Shown here: positions 25,721-37,745 of the stretch, in pieces
How the letters are laid out: each line of letters begins with the position of its first letter
Position numbering within the stretch: position 1 is the stretch's first letter
Source of the DNA: Vicugna vicugna
Lineage: Eukaryota
Length of the DNA: 64,000 bases
NCBI GenBank assembly: GCA_013265495.1
Contig: MU058793.1
Span: forward strand, 64,001 to 128,000
Direction of reading: 5' to 3'
Made by a program: the position numbers and the translations under genes
Notes under the pieces: generated by a model
The model's database searches: none
The model's input: the letters and a program-made list of their open reading frames with translations, nothing else
What the model was told of the DNA's origin: nothing

Positions 25721-26159
25721 GGGAAGAAAGAATAGAGTAGGGAAGGCAGGCAAGGTAAGCAGGAGGGAAATTCAAGATAACACAGCCAGCAAGGACCATA
25801 GCCAGGTTTCAAACTCCACCAGATTACTCTACAGCCCTGCTTTAAAGTTCTTTCCAATATTGATGTCTATTAAATTTTCACAATAATTCCATGATATAAT
25901 TATGAAAGTGCAAAGAGAGCTTGAAAAGAGTTTTCCCCAAATCACACAAACATTAAAACTACAAATACTATTTTCTTTCCACTATATCACAGCCATAGAA
26001 AAAAACATTATAATTATACTCTAAAAATATTCTAAAATTGTGACTCTACACTAATTCCAACCCACTTTCCCTTCAGTGTGGTTATTTCATAAGATTAATT
26101 ATAAAATAAAAGACTCGAAATAAATAATGCAGTCTTGAAAGAGGTGTTAAAACAGTTTC

Positions 26160-26683
26160 TGTATTAGTTTTCTATTTCTGCTATAATAAATTACTATAAA
26201 TTCAGTGGTTAAAGCAACACAAATTTCTTATTTTACAATTCTGAAATCCACCATAGACCTCACTGGCCTAAAACCAAGGTGTTAGCAGGGCTGCATTTCT
26301 TTCTGGAGGCACTAGGGGAACATCCATTTCCTAGTATTTTTCATCTTCTAGGGTCTGCCCACATTTGTTGGCTCACAGCCTTTTCCCCCATCTACAAAGC
26401 TAGCAAGTGCAGATCAACTCCTCACATCACAGCACTTTGACCTGCTTCCATCTTCACACCTCTTTCTCTGATTCTCTTCTTCCTCTTCCATTTTTAAGGA
26501 ACCTCATTATTATATCTCACACTTCCAGACAATCCAGGATAATTGCCTTATCTGAAAGTCAGCTGATTAGCCATCTTAATTCTATCTGCAGTCTTAATTC
26601 CCCTTCACTGTGGAAGGTAACATATTTACAAGGTGCAGGAACTAGGACATGGGCATCTTGGGACCATTGGTCTGTCTACCACA
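26160..26683 (-). mobile_element. MaLR solo LTR (MLT1C/D-like)
   Basis: Termini 'tgtattagttttcta' and 'ctaccaca', both flanked by 'tttc'. Internal 'aaggtgttagcagggctg' and 'gtcagctgattagc'. Confidence 0.85.
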
Positions 26684-26899
26684 TTTCTTTAGGCAAGATG
26701 AAGGAGAGAGGTATCTCTGCATCGAGTGGTGTGTTCTGTGGAACACCATTACTATGGGATGCTACTGGGTGATACGTAAGAGTAACAGAGTGTCCTCTTA
26801 CCAAATATTTTTGAAAAACTGTTTTAAACCAAAATCAGTTTTCTTTACTATAGGATTTCAGAATTTTTGATGTGTCACTGTGCATGGTGACTTTCCAAG

Positions 26900-28900
26900 A
26901 GTCACCTAAACAGATTTGACATGGAATTCTCCTCAATACGATCTGTAAATATTGATCCTTTGTGGAACTTTTAGAATAAAATCTATAACACTGTATTTTT
27001 TTTCTTTTAACGCATGACTGTATTTTCTTTACTAATGTGTTAGGTGTTTGCATCTTCATTTATAACTAAGATTGAACTATAGTTTTTCAGTACAGTTTTT
27101 ATCTGATTTTGGTAATTTTTCAGAGGAATTTGGAAGATTTGCTATTTTTTCATATTCTAGCATTCCGTGGATAAATTTAAATGTTAGCTGACCCTAAAAG
27201 TTTTTAAAGAGTGCCCTATAAAATCATTGACCCCTGGTTTCCTTTATTTTTATTTACTTTTTATCTTATAACTTTAAGAAATTAACCGAGTTTGTTGGAG
27301 TAGTTTTAGGTTTCTAGAAAAATTGAGCAGAAAGCCCACAGGCCCCCTCACTCCCAACCCCACCCACAAAGAGTTTCTGCTGTCATTAACATCATGCAAT
27401 GCATTTTACTTCTTCCTTCTCAATCTGTATACATTTTTATTTCCTCTTCTTGTCTTATTGCATTATCTAGGATTGCTAGTACTATACTAAGTAGGAGTGG
27501 TAAGAGTGGAAATCGTTGCCTTTTTCTTGATTTTAACAGGAAGCATCTAGTTTCTTACAATTAAATATGTTGGCTGTACGTTTGTTGTAGATATTCTTTC
27601 TCAAGTTGAGAATGTTTTCCTCTATTCCTAGTTTGCTGAGAGTTGTTTTGTTTCATTTTGTTTTTTAATCACAAGTGAGTGTTAGATCTGTCAAGTTCTT
27701 CTGCATCAATTATTACCATGATCATATAGTTTTTATTCTTTAGCTTGTTGATGTGATGGATTATATTTAATGATTTTTCAATGTTGAACCAATCTTGAAT
27801 AGCTGAAATAAACCCCACTTGGTGATGTGTATAGTTCTTTTATACAATGTTGGATTTATTTTGCTAATATTTTGTTAAAGATTTCTGTATGTATGTTCAT
27901 AAAAGATACTGGTCTGTAGTTTTCTTTTCTTGTAATGCTTTTGTCTGGTTTTGGTAATAGGGTAATGTTGGCTTCATAAAATGAGTTAGGAAGTATTCAC
28001 TCTGTTTCTATTTTTTGGAAAATATTTGGTATCATTTCTTCCTTAAATATTTGTTTGAATTCACCAGTGAATCCATCTGGACCTGGTGCTCTCTTTTTTT
28101 GGAAGGTTAGTAATTCAATTTCTTTAGTAGGTATAGCCCTATTTAGTTTATCTATTTCTCCCTATATAAGTTTTAGTAGTGTGTCTTTCAAGGAATTGGT
28201 CCATTTCACAAAGGTTATCATAAGAATTGTTCACAAAAAATATCACTCTGATATTTTTTTAAATGGTAGATCTTAGGCAAATGTTTATATTTCTTTTGTG
28301 ATTATTGAAACAGTATGAATATTTATCTTCATCGAGCCACTTTTAATAATTTGTACTCTTGAGAAGCTGTCCATTTGATCTAGGTATTGAAATTTATTGG
28401 CATAAGGTTACACAAAATATTCCTTCTAGTTCTTCTAAATTCTTAATGTATTTAGCTACATTTTTGTTTTAGGTAAAACAAAGGTTTCACTTCTCTCTCT
28501 TCTAGTCACCTCTCCACTAGACTTTCAGGGAAGAGAAAGTCACTTTGACACTAATGAAGAGGCTTTTTATTAATTGCATATTGTTGTCTAATCCATTATA
28601 TTCAGTTTTCATCATTATTAATTATCTCATGCATTTATTTGGATTGTTTTGATATTATCTTGAGTTTCTTAAGTTACTTTTTAATTCATTTCAGTTTTTA
28701 AAATCTTTCTTGTTTAATAACAATAAACTACATACTTTTCTAAATTATTTGTAAACTTAGGTTTGAGTTTCTCTATTCTCCTGTATTTTAGAATTTGTTT
28801 TCTTTATGGCCATATGATCAATATTGACAACTATTTAAGTCATAAGAAAAGAATGTGTATTCACTATCAGTCACAAAATTTTACATATATTTACTAAGTG
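26900..28900 (-). mobile_element. Older, highly decayed L1M flanking the L1MC-like element
   Basis: T-rich antisense-L1-like sequence at ~26900-27240 and ~28250-28900. Confidence 0.5.
27245..28230 (-). mobile_element. L1 (L1MC-like) remnant with decayed ORF2 segment
   Basis: The minus strand at 28057-28086 encodes PGPDGFTGEF and nearby [17 protein letters not shown], both L1 ORF2p motifs. An L1MC-like 3' end lies at 27245-27400. Confidence 0.9.
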
Positions 28901-30959
28901 AGTTAACAGTGTCCATCTCTTAATTAGCATTCTTTTTACTTTCACTTCATTAAAGACCCAATTCTCTTTTAGAGAAGCATCTTTAAGAGACTCCCTTGGG
29001 AGGTCTTAACCCAGAGTATTCAGACACAAGACCAGATGTATCGTATTTGCGATGTCCCTCTTGATTCCATTTCTCAGAAAGAAAAATGTCTGAATGTTCT
29101 GATGGCCACAGGTAGTTCTCTGCCAGGGAAACTTATGATTAAGTGCTCACTGCATATATATTTTCTGGGGTACACTGAATTTTCTGTAGTAGAATTTGAT
29201 CTCCACAAAATACAAACAACAAATCAGTAAAAGAAACAGACTGTTCTCTTCTGCATTTCCGAGGAATGAGATTACAACAGGTGACAATGCAGCTATCCTA
29301 CAAAAAGTCCAATAAACAATGAACAGATAACATCTTAGCCAGATTCATCCCTTACAATATCGTTCATCAACCTCCTCCTCTACAATCCTACCATTATCTC
29401 TGGTGTGCTTCAAGGTCCAATGAATTCAGACCAGGTCCCTTGGAAAATCTTCATAACTGATAGTTCTGCTTTCCATCTCTGACCCTTTCCATCATTCAAC
29501 CTCATAACCTATATTCCAAAAGCATTACTCTGAGGACCGAATTTCCTTCATATCACCCCCCAGAATGAAGTCAAAACTCTTAGACACTAAAATTCTTTGA
29601 CAATAGGGCCAGCCCTTTTTTCTAACCTTTTCAACCTACTCATTTCCATCAACACATATCTTTCCAGACTGGTAAACTCATGAACTGTGTACCTATTTTT
29701 TATTTCCCCATCATTTTTTTCTTTTTACTTTTCCATTGCTAAAAATCTTTTGTTTCCTAAACTGAAGATTAGCAATAAAATAATTATTTTTATGGTTCTT
29801 TGGTAACTTGTGATGTACTAAACACTGTGGTAAATGTTTTACATTTACTTGTTTTTAAAAAATCTTCACAGCATTTGAATAAGATAGGCACTGTTATTTT
29901 CACTGGCCATTTAACACACAAGGACTCAGATGCTTAGAGCAGCTAAGTCTGAATCCAAAGCATATTTGGTTAAGAACTAAACTATACTCTCTCATAATTG
30001 CCCCGCCAGGACCAAGCGATTCCTTGCAGCCTAGACCACTCACTCACATACAGTAGACACCCAATAAATAGTTCTTAAATAAATAAATAGCTGAATGATT
30101 GAGAGAACGTGGAACTGTAGGCTAAAATGCTTTAGAAATTATAAATTGTTATGTAAATATTATTTATCATCCATAAAATCACTATCATTAAATTATTTTT
30201 ATGGATGACTCGTTTTTCACTAAATTCTATGCTTTGTATTAATATATCCTAAGTGAACATTGATTTATTTTTTTGTCAATTATTTTTCTCTCAAACCCAG
30301 ATAGAACCTCACCTTCCATTACATGAAACCTCATGTCCAGCTGGCAAATATTGACAATAAGAAAATACCATATTGAAATTAGCCTTCAATCATGCATATT
30401 ATTGGAAAGTCAGAAGTTCAGAACTAAAGAAGGTAGAGAGGCTGTACACACACACACAGCTGCCCACATTTTCAAACATTTAGTCTTGCTACATTTGCAG
30501 TGTGGATTAGCCTCAGAAGCCTCCTTCTGACCTTATACAATCTCAAACCTCACACAAGCACCAGATGTCAGTATTGTGCAACTTTCAGGTTGACTGAGGA
30601 GGCAAGCTGGTCTCTGTCGCTTAGAGACAGAATAACAGTCATTTACAGGCACAAAAATAAACACCCTTAGGAGCTGGATAACTCTTAGGGGTCCACTGCA
30701 AACAAACTGTAATTTGAGAAATTACACAGCACCTTCTAAAGATGCAGTTGTGAGTAAAGGGCTGGCGTGAGTGAGCACAGGAAGTTTGGCGGAAACCATT
30801 GCATTCTCTGGCCCAGAATCAGAGACATCCAGAAAGTACTGGTCTGGCTCCTTTGATGCAACTGTTGTGAGTGACAGCAGAGGAAAGTCAGACCAAATCA
30901 GTCTTGTTTGATTAATGGACAGTGCTTCGCATTTGCAAGCAGGCGGTCAAACTTCTAGC

Positions 30960-31435
30960 ATGTCCTCAAGGCCTGACATAACCTGGACCCTCTCTGGTTC
31001 TGCAGCCTTATCAGGAATCACTCTCCTCCTCACCCTTTATTCCAGCCACTGATCTCTGTCTACTCCAGGCACTGTGTTCTCTCAGGACTCAAGGGTCTGC
31101 TTAGAATGGTCAGATCCCAGCTCAAATGTCCCTTCGTCAGAAAAGATCAGGTCCCGTAGGTCAGGCCTCTTTTATGGACTCATAGTACCCTTTCGTAGGC
31201 TTATCAGAATTTGCAATTGCATATTTGATTAATTAATTAATGTCTATGTAGTCAACTTCAACTAAGGTGTAAACTCCATCAGAGTAGAGAATGGAGGGGC
31301 TGTTTTGCCCATTACTGTTTTCCTAATACCTAGTTTAGTGCTTGACATATGGAAGGTCCTCAATAGAGAAATGTTAAATGGGTGAATCAATGAATAATTA
31401 AGTGAACTGGTGAACAAACAAATAAATGAATTGAT
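30960..31435 (+). mobile_element. L2 3' end
   Basis: 'cagctcaaatgtccctt', 'tgtaaactccat', 'gtgcttgacatatggaaggtcctcaata' and a (tgaa)n tail. Confidence 0.75.
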
Positions 31436-32859
31436 TTCACCCACTCTTCTTCTGAACAGACTTCCATGTACAAAGGAACACAAAAGGATAGGATGAAAGC
31501 AGGGGAGAATATCTGACAGCTGGAAATGTGATGGTCACTGTGTTCCTAGGAGCCTGAGAAGAATTCAGCGAGCTCAGAGACCTGCACAAATACAGTCTGA
31601 CTTGAGCCTCAAGTATGGTGGTCGGGCTTAAGTCCTCCATGCAGCAACAGGCTTCCGTCTAGCACCTGTGAGCGTAATCAACATGTGCTGGTCCTATCAG
31701 TAAGGAAAGAAGGTCAAGTTGCATATATATGAGGAACATTGGCCTTTCTTCAGAATAAATTGTTTGAAATGTAGTAAGTGCAAAAGAAGAGATTATAGAC
31801 AGAGGGAAAGACAGATGGGCTGAATTTGTTTCTTCTGGGGCTTATGCCCAAAGCGGGAAAAAAAATATCTGGCTATTTTTATTTCTTCCACAAGATGGGG
31901 CCATCAGAACGAATTCAGCTACAAAGGATGGCAGCACTTAATGAATGCTTTTTCCAGGTTTGTAAGCTTGATTTGGTGAGACTAGAAAAACAGAGCCAGT
32001 TTTGAACTTGTTTATGTAGCTGTATAACCTTTTCTTTAAAAGATTGGGCTTGGACCAGACAATAGTTAGGCAAGAGGGGAGAACCTAGGGCACATGTCAC
32101 TCTTTAGTGAGGCCAAAGGGCCACTGGCCAGCTTCCAGAACTCCTAGCATTCCAGCCCCAGGAAGTTGCCAGGGTCTCCAGCAGCAAATTTACCATGCAG
32201 AAACATTTCCTCACATTAGAAGAAAATTCTAGATGAGATACAATGATGCCTACTTGGAACTAAATTATTTTAATAAGATCAATCACAATGTACAAATTCT
32301 GTCTCTTCATAGCTTGCGGCTTAAAGTCTGCAATGATTTCCTTCAGTGGAATATTCCATAGCACATTAAGAAAGGCCCTACACAAGATAATTATGACACC
32401 AAAAACTAGAGCTTTATTTTTCTACCTATGACCTATTTGCACCTATAATCCTTCTTGCTTCTACCTGGTTATAGATCTATTACCAAATCATTATAAATTT
32501 ATCCCTGGAAAGAACTAGAAAGAAATGGGCTCAGAAACAGTTTATAGATCAAATTAGCACTCTTCAGAAAAATCATTAATATTTGTGTGGTGTTTGGATC
32601 TTCATTATCTCGTCTGATTCTCCCAATAATCCTGTAGTTTAAATATTGTTTTTAATCGTCACGTATATGTTGTCCCACCAATATACAATATGGGTTATAT
32701 TCTTGTTCAGTATGCACAGTAGGTAAGTACTCAAGGTAAGCATGAACTCGGGTCTTTGGACTGCAGTTCTTATGCTCCCTGGATGAGCATGGTGGGAAGA
32801 CAGAAACCAAAGAAAGGACTTAGGAGCTAGCATGCCCTTGTATGAGGGCAAAACACTCA

Positions 32860-33362
32860 TTGTATAAGCTAGGAAACCCAGCTGAATTAGCTTAAATAAT
32901 AAAGAAAAATCACTGGCTCACATGGTAGAAGAGTCTGGAAGTCCTAGTTGCTCGAAGAACGTGGTCACGGACTCAGTGCTTGAGGTCTTAGGTTCATCTG
33001 CCAACTTTACATCATAGCTTCAGTGGTTCCTGGCTACCTCCTTGTGGTAACAAAATAATCTAAGCTGATCCAAGTCTCAAAGGGTCCTGCTTTTCAGAAG
33101 AAAATAATGCCACTTTCTAAAATTTCCTCACCTGTGATTCACCCTCTTATTGCGTCAGACTGGTCCATCTCTGAACCAGTCTCAGCTTGGAAGATGGGTG
33201 TGGCTTATTGGTTTAATCCAGTCAGAATCACAGCCCTGAAGCTGGGAATAACATCAGTCTCACCTGAACTCTCATTGCTAGGAAGGAATGAGTAGTGCCT
33301 TGTCCACAAGGAGAGCTGAAAGGAAGAAATAGATTATGGAAAATCATAAAATGTATCTACTG
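32860..33362 (-). mobile_element. Old MaLR LTR (MLT1K/L-like)
   Basis: 'gaaacccagctgaattagcttaaa', 'ctggctcacat' and 'catctctgaaccagtc'. Confidence 0.5.
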
Positions 33363-34774
33363 TTTTTTCTGGAATTTAATAAATTACAAAGCATTGTCTC
33401 TTTGAATAAATTAAAAATTTTGTGAGAGTTCTAGGTCTATCTTGATGGCTGCATAATTACAAGAAAATCTGTTGTCAAATGTCCTGAAGAGAGCATTAGG
33501 TATTAGCTGTAGAAAAACTAAAAATCAAATTCATACATGTTATATGAGAAGTACCTGGTGTCTAGAAAGCAGGGTAACCCTGGAGCGCTCAGATTTCTAG
33601 AGCAGGTAAGTAGTGAGAGTTGACAGACAGGAAAAAATGCAAGAACAGAAGATTTTCTTGGATTGAAAACTTGTTGTGTCCCTTGTATAAACATCCACAA
33701 GGAGAACAGCTATCTAATTAAACTTCTGTCTACCCAGCCACTTGTTTCTCCAAGCCATTGTTCCTTCCTTAGTACATGTGTTTGGAATGGTAAGAGCCGG
33801 CTATCTCACAGTGTTCCGTAAGAACTAAAGGCAATAATGTACATAAAAAGCTTTGTTAATATGAATGCTACACAAGTGTAAGAGTTATATTGCTGGAAAT
33901 TTTATAGGGATTCCAATTAACTATTCACTATAAGAGTTGAACATAAAAGAATTATGCAAGGAGCAAGAATTAACAGAAATAGAATTCCTAGTACACAGGC
34001 ACATTTTCTCTCACTTTATCTCTTAATGATAATTGCTAACTTGGTCTCTCACATTTTTTCTAATGTAAAAATCATCCACTCTGGTTCTTAATATCTGACG
34101 TTCTATAAGAAATCACTCTTGTGTACCCATAATGCTTCTGGGTTTTAAAAAGAGAGTAATACGAAAATGTTCCTCTTTCTTTTCCAGGCATGAAAATCTT
34201 CAGTGAACTGCGTCAGAGTTAAAATGTCATTCTTAACATCTCAGTTCCACTAATGGACTCTGCCGCCAGTATTCTATGACAGCAGTGTAAATACAAAAGA
34301 GAAGAGTTTCCATGTTTAATATGAAATAGAACCACTGTTGTCATTCTGACATTTTGTTTGGTTTAGTCCCCATCTCCAAGTTGTTAGCCCTTATTCTCAA
34401 CATAGCTCAAACTAAAGAGAAATGGTCTCCAAATTTGTGATCATATACTTACTTCCTGGCCCTTAGAAATATCCTTTTCTTAAACATGGAAGTTTCAGGA
34501 ATTCCTCATCTAAACCTCTCTTCCTCCAACATTCCTATGTTATTCAGTAGCATCATAAATATTATTTACACAGAATCACTTAAAATTACCTATTAACTAC
34601 TTTTTTAACTTCTGTTATTTAATTCCCAGGAATTATGTTGAAATGTCCTTCTATTTAGAGGTCATGGTTTTACTCTTGATATTTGAAAGCACAATTTTAA
34701 CATATTCATTTATAATAATTACAGTGAGTTCTTCACATGCGAAAAATATTAAAAATAAAAGGTCATTGAATAAT

Positions 34775-35025
34775 AGTAAGTAGCTTATATTTACATAGCA
34801 TGTATTATGCCCAAAGCACTGTTTTAAACACGTTTAGATATTGACTTATTTAGCCTCTGTGTAACCATAGGAAGTAGCTCTATTATTATATTATCCCCCA
34901 TTTTACAGATGGTGTAACTGAGGCATAAAGAAACTTGCCAAGGCCACCTAGAGAATATATGCCAGAGGTGAGATTTTTATCCTAGCAATTTGGCTCCATA
35001 TTCTGGGCTCTAAACCAATCAAAAT
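34775..35025 (-). mobile_element. MIR SINE (source of a local copy at 35499-35683)
   Basis: 'atcccccattttacagatggtgtaactgaggca...acttgccaaggccac'. Confidence 0.8.
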
Positions 35026-35498
35026 TACTGCTATGATATTAAGGATTTGGAAACTTGATTTAAAAAACAGAGAAATGAGATCTCACTAAAATCTGTTCAG
35101 GACTGTAATTATTGTGCTTATGTCAATTTACAGCTAATGACCTTCATGGCATTGAATGATAATGATTTGGTAGGGGGTGAAGGGAACACATCTGTATATG
35201 AGCCAAATCCTACAGTGAGACCTTAAACATATATGATCTACTTAACTAATCGGCAACCTATTCAATTCTCTGCATGACGTTTAATAATGCCCACAACAGT
35301 GTGGCTGAGTCAGAGAAGAAGCTACTGAGCAAGGACCAATAAGAACACTGTATTCATTTAGAAATAGGAGGGTATGTTGAAGAAACTTAAGGAAAAAGAG
35401 ACAATTCCTGGAAAGATTACTTTCCCAAGGTATGCAGTCTTAGGAACAATTAGAAACAGAGGTTTCCATGCTGCCATGATTCTCTCACTTACCCCAGC

Positions 35499-35683
35499 TT
35501 AAAAACAGAAGTTCATGGAACAATGATAAGTAGCTTATATTTATGTACCATGTATTATGCCCCAAAGCACTATTCTAAGCACTTTAAAGACACTGAAGTA
35601 TTTAGCTTCTATATACCCATAGGAAATAGACCTATCATTATGCCCCATGTTACAGATGGCATAACTGAGGCATAAAGAAACTT
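35499..35683 (+). repeat. Diverged local copy of 34749-34936
   Basis: Shares the non-consensus blocks 'taagtagcttatattta', 'catgtattatgccc' and 'taactgaggcataaagaaactt', plus upstream flank. Confidence 0.85.
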
Positions 35684-37479
35684 AATTCTCTGTCAGCTTC
35701 ATTCTTCCCCCTCCACCCAGCTTTCTCAACACAGTAAAAATCATAGCTGTGTAAATTTCCTTTACTGGAAAACTGGATTCTTTCTCCCATCTCCACTTTG
35801 AAAAATTCTAGGGAAAGACTGGCCTAAATTGGGTCAGATGCCCAACCCTATATCAGTCAAATATGGCCAGGAGGATAAGGTCTAATAAGAATGTAGTAGC
35901 TGGAAACAAATGTTTGGAGTTGGAAGCATAGGAGTTCCCAAGATAAAAGGAAGCCTATTGCCAGAAAGACAGTCCTGGGCAGGCAAACCACGAATGGCCA
36001 CACAAAGAGGTCAGGTTAGTCAAGACAACAGCCTGCACCTTACCCGCTTGCCCCTTACCAGGGGAGGATAGGTCAAAAAATTCCCAAGTCTCAGGTTTTT
36101 TCCCTGTGTGATAAGAATCCTATCTCACCAAATTATTGTAAGAATTGCCTGACACATGTGTGAATGTGCAGAGTAACTTGAAAAGTATTACAAAATTCCG
36201 AGGTATGACTGTTGCTATTACTATCTATATAGGTAACTAAATTTCCCATTTTTCACACCGGTGCCTGGAGTCAGACTGCCACAGCAAGTGGTTCGAACAA
36301 ACTGAAGCTCATCTAACATCACAGGCTGCGAGTGTACTTCTTCTCAAGCCAAACTGCAGTCCAGCTGTGCATGGTTATTATGCCAAGTTCATCAGGAGGT
36401 GGTTGAGCTTCTCAGGGAGCAGGTGGAGGGGAAGGCGGAATGAGACTCAGATGGAAGGGAATAACTCAACCAAGAATCCCTGGTTAGTCTACTTTCCAGA
36501 GATCTTCCTTCTACTTCCTGAGCCTTAATCCACTGTGACAGGCTGGAGACAACTACCAGTTAATTAATCTCCATGTGGACAAAGATGACTGTTTAATAGA
36601 TCAGCTATGTGTCACCCTGAAGTGAAAAACCATTGAAGGAAAGGCAGGTAAATGATAAAAGGAATCAATAGCGTGATGCCTCTCCTAAGTCAGCACTAGA
36701 GATAGAGATGCAGCTGCTGTTTGGGTACCAGCTTCACTGCTAATGAGTGATGAGTGACTCACACTTGTAACTAAAGCTTACTGTTTCTGTGCTGTCTATC
36801 TTTCTCTTTACATAACATCAAAGGGGGAATCTCTAAATAGTAACATAACACAGTGTATCACTTACATGATATACACTATAATTTCCTTAGCATGTTCCCC
36901 TATATCATTTATCTAAAGTGACGCACTTAAAATTAAGGTCTATTAGTAATGCTGCTGACATTGGGAGACTTAAGTACTTGCTGCTTAACCAGTTTGGTGG
37001 TGTTGGGAAATTCTTAACCTCCATTTCACTATTTGTTAATTGGTGATGATAATATCTGTCTCGAGGTGTTAGCATGAGGCTTATATGCAACAATTTACGA
37101 GAAATGCTCTGTAAAACAAGTGTTACATAAACACGAAGAATTTCTGTATAAAGCTGTAATGAGAATTCTATTAAAGGATACAAGGAAAATACAGAATTTC
37201 CATGTTTGCATTTAATAAAACCAGGACTTAAATATCCAAAGACTTGACCAAGTTCACTCATAGGAAGCTGAAAGGTATAGGTCTTTCAGTTCCAAATCCA
37301 GTTTACTATGTTGTCTTGGCAATGGTCTACCAGAGATTGATGTCAATTTTTTTTTCTGAAAATACAGCTTTTTTTTTCCCTATTATTCAATCTAGGGAAA
37401 AAAATGTAATTAAAGACATAGAATGGACCATCCCAACAATTATGACCACCTCTATAACTTAGCCTCTGATGGTACCACG

Positions 37480-37745
37480 ACCATAGCTACACTTTTTCAG
37501 CAAGCATACTGTGCCAGGCCCAGAGCTAAATAATTTGCATGCATGCTTTAAATCATTTAATCCCCAAAACGGCCTTATGAAGTGGGTATGATTATTATTT
37601 CCATTTTGCAGTTGAGGAAGCTGAGGCACATAGGAACTAAGTAAGTACCCTGCCCCAAATCACTTGGCAAGCAGCAGAGTGCATATCTAATATGGGTAAA
37701 TTAGCTTCTGAGTCCGTGGACCTAACCATTGTGCTACACCATCTC
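37480..37745 (-). mobile_element. MIR SINE
   Basis: 'tactgtgccagg...tcatttaatcc...ccattttgcagttgaggaagctgaggcaca'. Confidence 0.8.

Noticed and set aside
34165..34230. Strong plus-strand acceptor 'ttcctctttcttttccag|GCATG'
   Set aside because: No convincing donor nearby, and the ATG frame stops after 10 codons. Isolated acceptor-like sites are common.
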